From: a virus
Reading direction: 5' to 3' (one strand)
Length of the DNA stretch: 64,000 nt
Virus record (IMG/VR): IMGVR_UViG_3300025137_000016
The notes beneath the pieces are model-generated. The model saw nothing but the letters and a program-made list of their open reading frames with translations, was not told where the DNA came from and made no database searches. The position numbers and the translations under genes were made by a program. Every line of letters begins with the position of its first letter. Positions within the stretch are counted from its first letter, which is position 1. Below, piece after piece: positions 48,579 through 57,659 of this stretch.

Positions 48579-49106
48579 ATGGCACAGAAGTTCATACATA
48601 AAATACTATCAGAGATTAATGAGAATCCTGATAAAATCGTAGAGATAGCTGGTCAAGATGCATTAGTAAGAATCATATTTGAAAATGCATTCAACCCTGC
48701 TAACAAATGGATATTACCAGAGGGCATTCCACCTTATAAAAAAGCGGACGAGCCTGATGGAATGTTTCCATCAAATATGTATCTTGAAGCAAGACGCATC
48801 GGATATATATTTAAAAGAGAAGATCTTAAACCTCTTAAGAGGGAAGGATTGTTTATAGAAATGCTGGAAAGTGTTTCCCCAGAGGAAGCAAATATTCTTA
48901 TACATATAAAAGAACAGAAACTATATAAACTATATCCAAATATTACTCCAGCTGTAGCAAGTAAAGTTGCACAGGTATCTGTAATGGTTGCGGAATCAAT
49001 GATTGCGGAGCAAGAAGAAGCAGAGGAGAAAGCTAAGAAACCACATCAGGCAGTCTCGCAGAAGCGAGGAGCAGATGGTAAATTTTTAAAGAAGGCAAAT
49101 AAATGA
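48579..49106 (+). CDS. Conserved T4-like hypothetical protein
   Basis: LPEGIPPY and KREGLFI.MLE; usual position after rnh. Confidence 0.65.
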   Translation: MAQKFIHKILSEINENPDKIVEIAGQDALVRIIFENAFNPANKWILPEGIPPYKKADEPDGMFPSNMYLEARRIGYIFKREDLKPLKREGLFIEMLESVSPEEANILIHIKEQKLYKLYPNITPAVASKVAQVSVMVAESMIAEQEEAEEKAKKPHQAVSQKRGADGKFLKKANK

Positions 49107-49369
49107 CACTACCATTATCAGAAAGAGTCACGACTCTACATGATATTGATAATGATAAGGACTATCATGCTGAAGTTCGTGTATGTAAAGAAGCAAAATT
49201 AATTGTTTTTTACAGAGCCGATCTAACTGCTGATATTAAAGAAGTCCAGTTTGATGTTTATGATGAAGACACTCAAATATGGTCAAACGAATTTTACACT
49301 TGCAAGTATCCTAACATAGATGCTTTAAATGCAGGTGATAAGACTGTACGGATTAATAACCATAGATGA
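49103..49369 (+). CDS. Hypothetical protein
   Basis: ATGA-coupled on both sides. Confidence 0.55.
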   Translation: MTLPLSERVTTLHDIDNDKDYHAEVRVCKEAKLIVFYRADLTADIKEVQFDVYDEDTQIWSNEFYTCKYPNIDALNAGDKTVRINNHR

Positions 49370-50127
49370 AAATAGCTGTTGTTATGGGAGTGGCGAATAG
49401 TCGCTCGATTGCGTGGGGTATCGCAAATAAGTTAATAGACGAAGGATACACTTGCGTCTTTACTTATCCGAACACGTCCATTCAAAATAAGATATCTAGA
49501 TTATCTCCATTAGCCCACACATATAAATGTGATGTGACAGATGCTATGCAGGTGAGAAATTGTTTTATGGCAATTAAAGCTAAATATAAAACAATTGATT
49601 ATGTTGTACATGCAATGAGCATGACTGATTTTACAGAATTAGATGGAAAGCTATATGATATATCTAAAGCAAACTTTTCAGAATCTTTAGCAGTAGGATG
49701 TTATTCATTAATTGAGATTGTAAAACACAGTTTACCAATGATGAATGACAATGGTGCATACTTGACACTAAGTTATGATGGAGCTCGTAGAGTTTACGAT
49801 AACTATAATGTGATGGGTATAGTCAAAGCAGCATTAGAATCTAGTGTAAGATACTTAGCACGAGATGTAGCTGATAGAGGAATAAGAGTAAACTGTATAT
49901 CGGCAGGAGTAATTAAAACCTCCAGTGCTATGGCTGTAAAAGGTAGCAAGGGCATGCTGAAGTGGGCAGAGGGAACTAATATGTTAAAAAGAAACATAAC
50001 CCTTGACGACATCGCAGGAACTGCATACTATTTTTTATCTGACTTATCGTCAGGTGTGACTGGTGAAACACAATATGTAGATTGTGGATATAATTTAATG
50101 GGAGCTCCAAGTATAAATGACTTGTAA
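49366..50127 (+). CDS. fabI: Enoyl-ACP reductase
   Basis: GVANSRSIAWGIA, YNVMGIVKAALES (catalytic Y/K), RVNCISAG and SGVTGE..YVD.G. Confidence 0.92.
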   Translation: MKIAVVMGVANSRSIAWGIANKLIDEGYTCVFTYPNTSIQNKISRLSPLAHTYKCDVTDAMQVRNCFMAIKAKYKTIDYVVHAMSMTDFTELDGKLYDISKANFSESLAVGCYSLIEIVKHSLPMMNDNGAYLTLSYDGARRVYDNYNVMGIVKAALESSVRYLARDVADRGIRVNCISAGVIKTSSAMAVKGSKGMLKWAEGTNMLKRNITLDDIAGTAYYFLSDLSSGVTGETQYVDCGYNLMGAPSINDL

Positions 50128-50560
50128 TGTAGTGAATAGAAAGTGGGCAACACTTAGTGACCAAACAATTAAAATGCAACTTAATGGATTCGTAATGAAT
50201 ACCTCCATTGATAAGATAGATGAACTATTTGATGAAGGCATTATTCGTTATGTTGTGAACCATGTACTATATCAATTAGATGTAGAACGACAACTATATT
50301 TTGAAGAAGATGATAAAAGACCACCTGCTTCTAAAAGCAATACTGCAACGATTGCAGAAAAAAAGGTGTATTGTGAAGTCTTACTGAAAGATGCTTCCTG
50401 GACTGACTACTGTCAAAAAGGTGTTAGAGGTTATGCCTGGGATTTTCATGAACTTGCGAAGAAGGACATGGAACAAATTGAAAAACATAAATACGAGGGC
50501 GACCCATCAAAAGGGAACCTCGAAATATTGGAGGAAAGAGAAAATGAGAGCACTAATTAA
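50117..50560 (+). CDS. Hypothetical protein
   Basis: ORF with no recognised motif. Confidence 0.55.
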   Translation: MTCNVVNRKWATLSDQTIKMQLNGFVMNTSIDKIDELFDEGIIRYVVNHVLYQLDVERQLYFEEDDKRPPASKSNTATIAEKKVYCEVLLKDASWTDYCQKGVRGYAWDFHELAKKDMEQIEKHKYEGDPSKGNLEILEERENESTN

Positions 50561-50759
50561 AGACGCAATGATTAAAAAGTATGAAGGAGACATTGCTGAA
50601 GCGAATGCGAATCTTCAAGTATATCTTTCTAATCCTATGGGTATCGGTGAGCATTCAGAGATTATGGTTGAAGTTGATAAACAAGTTGAAAAGATTGCGA
50701 ATGCTGAAGAAAAATTAGATACACTTAATAAGTATTTTGAAAAAAACTTAGGAACTTAA
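50544..50759 (+). CDS. Conserved small phage protein
   Basis: YEGDI..A.AN..VYL.NP.GIGEH pattern; SD GGAGG. Confidence 0.65.
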   Translation: MRALIKDAMIKKYEGDIAEANANLQVYLSNPMGIGEHSEIMVEVDKQVEKIANAEEKLDTLNKYFEKNLGT

Positions 50760-50762
50760 AAT

Positions 50763-51116
50763 ATGATTATAGGTCATGGAGTGGATATGGTATTAGAGTC
50801 TCGATTTGAGAGACGCAGGGATAAATGGTCAACAACTATTTTATCACCAAAAGAATTAGAAATATATAATGGACTGTTAGATAGACAGAAATGTAATTAT
50901 CTAGCAAAGGTGTGGGTGTTGAAAGAGTCTTTCGTAAAAGCTCGTCAGCATCCTATCGTTGGTATGAAGGAAGCTAAAATGTTTTCATACATCTCGCCAA
51001 ATTTGGTTCCGAATAAGGAGATGAGTGAAATGCTAAAGGGAGTAAATATACATTGTTCAATATCGGATTTCAAAGGTTGCGTGCTTGGTTCAGTAATTTT
51101 AGAAACAAACACTTAA
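50763..51116 (+). CDS. acpS: Holo-ACP synthase (phosphopantetheinyl transferase)
   Basis: IIGHGVDMV, LAKVWVLKESFVKA and HCSIS. Confidence 0.85.
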   Translation: MIIGHGVDMVLESRFERRRDKWSTTILSPKELEIYNGLLDRQKCNYLAKVWVLKESFVKARQHPIVGMKEAKMFSYISPNLVPNKEMSEMLKGVNIHCSISDFKGCVLGSVILETNT

Positions 51117-51979
51117 TACCTTACACATTAAAATTTCGCATCAGGTACTGGTGGTTCGTCCAGTTGTGCCTACTTGCGATGTTAGTGCTTGGTCGTTGGG
51201 ATCTAATACTTTACGCACTCGGATGGTGGTTTGCTGGAGCAATGGCTATTACCATATATGCTCATAGAACTTTATCACATAACAGTTTAGAAATAAAATG
51301 GAAATGGTTAGAACATGTATTTTGTTCTTTATGTATCCTAAGTAATGTTGGAAGTCCACTTGCTTGGGCAATAGTACATAGAATGCATCATGTTTATATG
51401 GACGAAGAAAAAGATCCACATAGTCCACATCAAATAGGATTCTTAAATTCCTTAACTCATAGATGGGATGTACCATTTGATGAGATACCATTAAGATTTA
51501 CTAGAGGATTATTAAGACAAGAAACTCCAAGGTGGTATCATGAAAATGGTATGTTTCCTTTTATGTTTCTTACTGTTTTTATATGGGCAGTCACTGTAGC
51601 ATATGGGACTACCATATATGGCTTCGGAGAACTCGGATATTATATGATGAATATATTTACATACGATGGTCCAGCTGTATATCTACAAACATTCTCACTA
51701 GAGTTTGCTTGGGCAGGATTTGCAGGAGTAGCACTAGGACAATGGTCTATGGGTATAACTAACGCATGGCAACATAGTGACAAACGAGGTAAAGGATACA
51801 TTCGTGATATCCCATGGTATTTAAGTTTTATTAATTGGGGAGAGGGTAGTCATAAAGCCCACCATAACAACCCCAAAAATTATAGTTTTGGAAAAGGGTT
51901 AAATGATCCTTCACAATATATTATTTTATTCCTGGCAAAAATCGGTGCTATAAAGGTTATAAATAATAGGAGTATATAA
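51116..51979 (+). CDS. Membrane fatty-acid (delta-9-type) desaturase; start uncertain
   Basis: His boxes HRTLSH, HRMHH and HKAHH; DPHSP; TM helices. Confidence 0.9.
   Translation: MPYTLKFRIRYWWFVQLCLLAMLVLGRWDLILYALGWWFAGAMAITIYAHRTLSHNSLEIKWKWLEHVFCSLCILSNVGSPLAWAIVHRMHHVYMDEEKDPHSPHQIGFLNSLTHRWDVPFDEIPLRFTRGLLRQETPRWYHENGMFPFMFLTVFIWAVTVAYGTTIYGFGELGYYMMNIFTYDGPAVYLQTFSLEFAWAGFAGVALGQWSMGITNAWQHSDKRGKGYIRDIPWYLSFINWGEGSHKAHHNNPKNYSFGKGLNDPSQYIILFLAKIGAIKVINNRSI
51958..51965 (+). promoter_or_regulatory. T4-type late promoter TATAAATA
   Basis: Exact T4 late consensus; another at 58967; CTAAATA variants precede many genes. Confidence 0.65.
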
Positions 51980-52108
51980 TGAACCAGAGATTGAGACCAT
52001 TCTAGATGCTACATTCAGAAGAGAGCAAGCAAGTAGCCAAATCTAGTGAGTTAAGTTCTATCATAGAATACAACTCCCCTGTTCGCTTGGGTAATGGTCA
52101 TAGCAGTT

Positions 52109-52146
52109 TGATAGTTCTGGCTTTAACAAAAACTATCACTTTTTTT
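52109..52146 (+). terminator. Rho-independent terminator
   Basis: TGATAGTT...AACTATCA stem followed by T7. Confidence 0.6.
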
Positions 52147-52178
52147 ATATGCGTTGTAATGGAAAGGAAATTTTTACA

Positions 52179-52475
52179 ATGGAAAGCATGATGATTGATA
52201 CTGCACTGCCTGAATATATTTTAACCCTAACACTTGCTGGAATGTTCTTTTTCGTAGGTTGGGTTATGCCAAGAGGAACTTCCCTCAAAAGACTTCAAGG
52301 AAAAATTAATAAGAGATTCTATAACTGGGTCGGAGCAATCATGATTAAGTTTCATAATTTCTTTGCTGACGAAGAATTCTATCTTGAACATATCTGGCAA
52401 GATACTAAAGAATATGTTCGTAAGAAACACGGATACGAGAAAAAGAAACCCAAAGCACCGACTAAGAAAAAATAA
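52179..52475 (+). CDS. Small membrane protein
   Basis: One TM helix and a basic tail. Confidence 0.55.
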   Translation: MESMMIDTALPEYILTLTLAGMFFFVGWVMPRGTSLKRLQGKINKRFYNWVGAIMIKFHNFFADEEFYLEHIWQDTKEYVRKKHGYEKKKPKAPTKKK

Positions 52476-53254
52476 TGTTTAGACCACCATATCATGTAGA
52501 GTTGAAGGATGTACCCTTCCCACTTTCTGATGTTGAACTTGCAAAACAATTGGCAAGGTATGATCAAGAAAATGGTGATTGGGCAAAGCGAGAAAATATA
52601 CCTGATGTTTGGTACACTGATAAGTCATCAACCTCTTTTGGTGCTTATGGATTTGTAGCTAATCTTTGGATTAAGAATTATGATTTTGCTCCAGAGTTTT
52701 TAAAATGGTTAGATAAAAACATGATGGCTCCAGCACTCGTTGGTACTATCTTTGTATCCCCTCCAGGATATTCCCTAAGACCCCACATCGATTATGCCGA
52801 ATATTCCGCAGAATATTTTTGGCGAATAAACTTCCCTGTAAATTTACAAGACAACTCTGACAAGTCAATGGCTTTCTGGGATCCTAGAGATTGTAATATG
52901 GAAAGACGAAACTATATCAATCATCCAAAGATGCCACATACTGATGCAATGAGTTTAATAGAATTCGATGATGAGACTCGACCTAAAGTTAAAAAACATT
53001 TTGATACACAACTAGGCAAGGCATCTATTATATGTGTTGCTGGACCTGACTGTGCTCATAGTATGATATATGATGGGGAGAAAGAAACCTATACAATATC
53101 AATTGACTTCAGAGATAAAAGAACTGGAGCTAGAATACATGACTGGAACGCAATAGAAAAAAGAATGGGACACCATTTTGTAAAAGAAGATAGACCATCG
53201 CCTATCTCTGCCGAAGTAAAAGACGATGGAGAATTTACTTGGAGTAGATCATGA
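52475..53254 (+). CDS. Fe(II)/2OG-type oxygenase-like protein
   Basis: IF..PPG..RPHID, RINFP and HSM..SIDF. Confidence 0.6.
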   Translation: MFRPPYHVELKDVPFPLSDVELAKQLARYDQENGDWAKRENIPDVWYTDKSSTSFGAYGFVANLWIKNYDFAPEFLKWLDKNMMAPALVGTIFVSPPGYSLRPHIDYAEYSAEYFWRINFPVNLQDNSDKSMAFWDPRDCNMERRNYINHPKMPHTDAMSLIEFDDETRPKVKKHFDTQLGKASIICVAGPDCAHSMIYDGEKETYTISIDFRDKRTGARIHDWNAIEKRMGHHFVKEDRPSPISAEVKDDGEFTWSRS

Positions 53255-54282
53255 AGCATGAACCATATTACATGTCATTAAAAGACACACTTGAAAGACC
53301 TATTACTAATGAGGATTTGCACAGCATATTAGAGCCACTGAGAGCCAACCCAGCACGAGGTAATATATGTGTAAGGAATAGTTGGTTTCGTATCGAAATG
53401 ATGAAGCAATGGCGTGATATGATGCTAATGCCTTATGGTTGCAGTATCTTTAGAGCTCACCCTAATTATCGAATGAGTCCACACTGTGACTCCCCAGCAA
53501 GACCTAATTGGGGAAGAGTGACTTGGGCATTCGAAGAAACTAGTCCTGGAATATATGAGCCATGGCGACCTAATGAAGAAGAATCTTCTATCATGACTTA
53601 CTGGGATGCATCCGAAGCAGAGGAAATGGGATCTGATATGTGTAATGTATCAGGGGATCCCGAAAAAGATTTAACATATATCATACCAAGAGAAAGAACA
53701 TTGCCAGGATACAAAGGAAACTTGAAAGAAGAATTAAGTGTTCAGTTGTCATATCCTGGATTAATTAATGTTGGTCAGCCACATTCAGTTTGGCATAATT
53801 CTGATAAACCTCGTATCGCTATCTCTATAGAATTTATGAATAGAAAAGGTGTATTTGAAGGCTGGGATAAATTAGCAAAAACTTTAGAACGATTTGGTTA
53901 TGCTGATATGGAACAAGATGATAGAACTGTTAAGTATGGTTCGAGATTACATGATGGTTTATTTTCGTGCCTATATAATAAAGAGACTAATGAAAATGTA
54001 CCAGCGACTGTATTTGATGCGGAACAATTAAAAGATCAATTAGAAAAACATCTAGGAACTAATGCTAAAGGTATGTCATACCAAGAAGCAGAAGATGTTT
54101 ATATGTCAAATAGAATAGTTGAAAAAGGTGCACCGAAAGGTAAGATGCTTGCTGACCAAGGATTGGACTATGACGAGTTTATAGAAAAACCTGGAAGTCC
54201 ATTTAAATTAGTTTTTGGTAATGTAATGCAAAGTTTAATTAACATTGAAGAAGAATATAAAAAGAAATATCCTGGAGTATAA
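53251..54282 (+). CDS. Fe(II)/2OG-type oxygenase-like protein
   Basis: SPHCD and LINVGQPHSV..PRIAISIEF. Confidence 0.65.
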   Translation: MKHEPYYMSLKDTLERPITNEDLHSILEPLRANPARGNICVRNSWFRIEMMKQWRDMMLMPYGCSIFRAHPNYRMSPHCDSPARPNWGRVTWAFEETSPGIYEPWRPNEEESSIMTYWDASEAEEMGSDMCNVSGDPEKDLTYIIPRERTLPGYKGNLKEELSVQLSYPGLINVGQPHSVWHNSDKPRIAISIEFMNRKGVFEGWDKLAKTLERFGYADMEQDDRTVKYGSRLHDGLFSCLYNKETNENVPATVFDAEQLKDQLEKHLGTNAKGMSYQEAEDVYMSNRIVEKGAPKGKMLADQGLDYDEFIEKPGSPFKLVFGNVMQSLINIEEEYKKKYPGV

Positions 54283-54283
54283 T

Positions 54284-55489
54284 ATGAATGTAAAACCTGT
54301 ACATGTAGTTGGTTATGGAATGTCTGATGCCTTGGGCATTAGTCCTGACGAATGCTATACCAATATGCTTGATGCCAAAGATTACTCAAGAGAGATTCCT
54401 GGGATGGCAAAACAAGTAGAAGAAATTTTCCACTTAACAATTCATCGAGGAGCGATGCATGATGAGAATAGAATCATTATGCCTGAAGGATTTGATAAAA
54501 AGATGTGGAGGTCTATGACCAATGCTCAAAAGATGATGAGTAATACTACTGAACAAGCTATGCAAATGGCAGGTTTAGAACGCAGTCCTAATGTGGCATG
54601 TCTTGCCAGTACTGTTTCAAATGATACTGAAGGCATCGATGTTTACTTTGAATATATTAAGTACATGAAGAGGGGTAATGCTCGTAGAGCAGTTAATAGG
54701 ATCCCTGATATGGGTTGTATGCATATTACTTCTTACTATGGCTTCAAAGGTTTGTCAACTGCTACCTTTGCATCCTGTGCGACTGGTATGGTTAATATTG
54801 ATTATGCTATGCGTCTTACTGATGAATATGATTATGTTATCTGTACTGCTGGTGATTGTGCTAACTTCCCTATGGGAATTAAATACTTCGCTTGTCTAGG
54901 TGCATTAGCAAACTGGTCATTACCATTTGACGATAGACGACAAGGTTTCTTAATGGGTGATGGTGGTGCTTGTATGATATTACAATCAGAAGAAAGTATG
55001 AAAAAATTTGGTTCTACTTCTTATGCTAAATTACATAAAGCAGGTATGGCATCTGATGCTGTAGATATGGTAAACCCAGAAGGAGGAGGAACTCGTAATT
55101 CTATGAAGGACGCACTAGCTAACGCAGGTGTAGATAATGTAGATTATGTTTGTACTCATGGTACAAGTACTGTTGCTGGAGATCCTATTGAGTATGAAGC
55201 TGTATCTGAAGTTATGCCAGGAACAAAAATGTGGGCACCGAAAAGTAAAATCGGTCACACACTTGCTGCTTCTGGAATACTTGAAGGATGCTATGCTATT
55301 GAAAGTATGAGAAAAGGTACAGTGCCCCATATTCAAAATTTAAAAGAATCTAAAATAGATATACATGGAACTTTACTTAGAGAAAATGTTAAGTATAGTG
55401 ATGACCAAAAGAAACGAACTATGTTAAATAATAGTTTCGGATTTGGTGGTAAGTGTATGTCACAAGTAATAGAGGTAAACAATGGCTGA
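54284..55489 (+). CDS. fabF: Beta-ketoacyl-ACP synthase (FabF/FabB type)
   Basis: Cys-His-His triad in ASCATG, HGTST and KSKIGHTL; PFD..R.GF..G; NSFGFGG. Confidence 0.9.
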   Translation: MNVKPVHVVGYGMSDALGISPDECYTNMLDAKDYSREIPGMAKQVEEIFHLTIHRGAMHDENRIIMPEGFDKKMWRSMTNAQKMMSNTTEQAMQMAGLERSPNVACLASTVSNDTEGIDVYFEYIKYMKRGNARRAVNRIPDMGCMHITSYYGFKGLSTATFASCATGMVNIDYAMRLTDEYDYVICTAGDCANFPMGIKYFACLGALANWSLPFDDRRQGFLMGDGGACMILQSEESMKKFGSTSYAKLHKAGMASDAVDMVNPEGGGTRNSMKDALANAGVDNVDYVCTHGTSTVAGDPIEYEAVSEVMPGTKMWAPKSKIGHTLAASGILEGCYAIESMRKGTVPHIQNLKESKIDIHGTLLRENVKYSDDQKKRTMLNNSFGFGGKCMSQVIEVNNG

Positions 55490-55757
55490 ACAGTTGGATA
55501 TGTTTGAATGCGTCGAATGTACAAAGCTAAAAAAAGAACTAGCAAACTTAAGAAATGCTTATGACACTTTGGCTTTACAATATTCGCAAGAAACAACTCC
55601 GACTATGACAGTCAAGCCTACTACTAGCGACACTGGTGAAATATATTCTAATGAAAGATTAGAGAATGGACAACGCAGAAGAATCCCAAGAAGAGAACTA
55701 GAAGACTGGGAACAAGCTGGTGTACCAAAAGAACTTATGAAAGGGTGGAGCAAGTGA
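55482..55757 (+). CDS. Hypothetical protein
   Basis: SD GAGGT; CxxC then coiled coil. Confidence 0.55.
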   Translation: MAEQLDMFECVECTKLKKELANLRNAYDTLALQYSQETTPTMTVKPTTSDTGEIYSNERLENGQRRRIPRRELEDWEQAGVPKELMKGWSK

Positions 55758-55978
55758 AATATATACATGTAAATCAATTAGAGATTAGAAAAAACTTAAA
55801 GCACGGAACAAACAATCCTGTGATAACTATTAAAGAGGGCAAGAGTAATACTTATTGTCACGAAGTGGAGATTAAAGGTCCAAGCAAAGTTATCTATGGT
55901 GAAAATGGTGAGAAGCTATTAAATTGTGGAGCTCGTGTAGTAATACAAACAGAAAGTGATATAGAGGTTATAAGATGA
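55754..55978 (+). CDS. Conserved small phage protein
   Basis: IHVNQ..IR, HEVEI.GPS and LNCGARV pattern. Confidence 0.65.
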   Translation: MKYIHVNQLEIRKNLKHGTNNPVITIKEGKSNTYCHEVEIKGPSKVIYGENGEKLLNCGARVVIQTESDIEVIR

Positions 55979-56382
55979 CAAATGGAATTTTAAAATTATT
56001 TCAAAATAAGAAACCATTTAAAATGGTAAAAGATTGGATGAAGATAGCAGGTCAACCTTGCCCATCTGAAGAACTAGCTGATACAGGTTATAATGCCCAA
56101 GCTGATTTATATGCTAATCTTATTGAAGAAGAATATGAAGAATTTAAACAAGCACTCAAAGATAAAGATGAAGTTGAACAGCTTGATGCTGTCTGCGACT
56201 TAATCTGGGTTGCTGCTGGTTATGCTCATTCTAAAGGCTGGGATCTAGACGATGCCTTTGCCGAAGTAGGTCGTTCGAACTACTCTAAGTTCCCCACAAA
56301 AAAGGATCCAAATACTGGTAAAGTACTGAAATCGAAGAACTTTTCACCACCAGATCTAGTTAAATATATAGATTTTTTCTAA
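55975..56382 (+). CDS. MazG-like all-alpha NTP pyrophosphohydrolase
   Basis: LIEEEYEE, DAVCDL, EV.RSN.SK and GKVLK motifs. Confidence 0.85.
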   Translation: MTNGILKLFQNKKPFKMVKDWMKIAGQPCPSEELADTGYNAQADLYANLIEEEYEEFKQALKDKDEVEQLDAVCDLIWVAAGYAHSKGWDLDDAFAEVGRSNYSKFPTKKDPNTGKVLKSKNFSPPDLVKYIDFF

Positions 56383-56459
56383 GTCCCTGATTTTATTGAA
56401 TATTTATTTTAAAAAAAAGTGAAATAATGCTTTACTTTTGGCACAAAGTATAGTAGAAT
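56380..56459 (+). promoter_or_regulatory. Early promoter with IHF-like box and UP element
   Basis: TAAGTCCCTGATT, AAAAAAAAGTGA, TTTACT-17 nt-TAGAAT at 56431-56459. Confidence 0.8.
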
Positions 56460-56465
56460 AACTGT

Positions 56466-56993
56466 ATGATTAAAAATAATAAAATAATATATCTCGATAT
56501 GGATGGCGTTTTAGCTAACTTCGATGATTACTACTTCAGGAATGGAAGACATTCTTTCATCTATGAAGAATTTAGAAATGAAGTAATGAACAATAAACTG
56601 TTTGAAAAACTTCCAAGAATGGTAAACATGGATGAGTTAGTTTCATCTGTAAGAGAGATAGCTGATAAGCATGGATATGAAGTCCAAATCTTATCAAGTG
56701 TTCATACCCTAACAACTGATCAGTTTGATGAAAGTGTTAAACAAAAAAGATCATGGTTGGCTAAAAATGGTATGGATGATATCAAAACAAACTTTGTTAA
56801 AGGTAGAACAGAAAAAGGTGAATGGGGAGCAACAGGTGATATCCTGATTGATGACCAACTTACTTGTGTTCAATACTTTAATCAAAATGGTGGAGCTGGA
56901 GTTGTACATAAAAATGTAATTGATACTCTAACTCTATTACAAAAAGTAATTGCCGATCAATTATTACAGAACAGGGAATCAAGAAGTGTTTGA
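56466..56993 (+). CDS. 5'(3')-deoxyribonucleotidase (HAD)
   Basis: YLDMDGVLANF, ILSS, K..WL and ILIDD. Confidence 0.85.
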   Translation: MIKNNKIIYLDMDGVLANFDDYYFRNGRHSFIYEEFRNEVMNNKLFEKLPRMVNMDELVSSVREIADKHGYEVQILSSVHTLTTDQFDESVKQKRSWLAKNGMDDIKTNFVKGRTEKGEWGATGDILIDDQLTCVQYFNQNGGAGVVHKNVIDTLTLLQKVIADQLLQNRESRSV

Positions 56994-57510
56994 ACCAGCA
57001 GTAATGTTTTCAGATAGAATACAATATGCAGCTGTGTATGCTAGGAATGCTCATGAAGGGCAGAAAAGAAAATACACAGGTGAAGAATATATTTCTCACC
57101 CAACTGAGGTGGCTGAACTCTTAAGACATAATTACAAAGATACTACTGAAGAAATGTATATGGCTGCACTTCTTCACGACACTGTAGAAGATACAGATGC
57201 TACTATTTTTGAGATCCAAAAATTCTTTGGGATTGTAGTTGCTAGTCTGGTTAAAGGTTTAACAGACGTGGCTTTACCAGAGGATGGTAATAGAAGAGTG
57301 AGGAAAGCTATCGAAAGAGATAGACTTGCGAAGGAATCTAAAGAAGTCCAAACCATTAAAGTCTTCGATCTTATTCATAATTCTATAAGTATTAAAAAAC
57401 ACGATCCCAAGTTCTGGGAAACATTTAAGGCTGAAAAACAGGATTTACTTAATGTAATGACCAAAGTAGATGCATCTGTAAAAGCTCTTGGATTTAAAAC
57501 TATCACATAG
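56986..57510 (+). CDS. Stand-alone HD hydrolase of SpoT/Mesh1 type
   Basis: AHEGQKRK..Y..HP, ALLHDTVEDT, LTD and IK..D..HN. Confidence 0.85.
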   Translation: MFEPAVMFSDRIQYAAVYARNAHEGQKRKYTGEEYISHPTEVAELLRHNYKDTTEEMYMAALLHDTVEDTDATIFEIQKFFGIVVASLVKGLTDVALPEDGNRRVRKAIERDRLAKESKEVQTIKVFDLIHNSISIKKHDPKFWETFKAEKQDLLNVMTKVDASVKALGFKTIT

Positions 57511-57539
57511 TTTACTTTTAAGTTTTTTTAGTTTAACAT
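57511..57539 (+). promoter_or_regulatory. Sigma70-type promoter
   Basis: TTTACT-17 nt-TAACAT. Confidence 0.7.
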
Positions 57540-57545
57540 ATACTA

Positions 57546-57659
57546 ATGATTGAAATATTAGATATTATTCTAACACTTGGTGCATTCACATTATTCATTG
57601 CAATACTTGGTTTGTATATTCAAGATAGATTAAAAAATAGGAAAGATAAAACTAAGTGA
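57546..57659 (+). CDS. Small membrane protein (37 aa, not in track)
   Basis: Single TM helix; GTGA overlap with the next gene. Confidence 0.5.
   Translation: MIEILDIILTLGAFTLFIAILGLYIQDRLKNRKDKTK

Noticed and set aside
51979-52191. TAG readthrough joining MNQRLRPF to the 61-aa ORF
   Set aside because: The downstream frame runs through a terminator hairpin and looks non-coding; no suppressor tRNA was seen.
49366-55489. Host chromosomal contamination explaining the fab, csg and iscU genes
   Set aside because: These genes are interleaved and translationally coupled with phage genes and share strand, composition and GTSAC preference.
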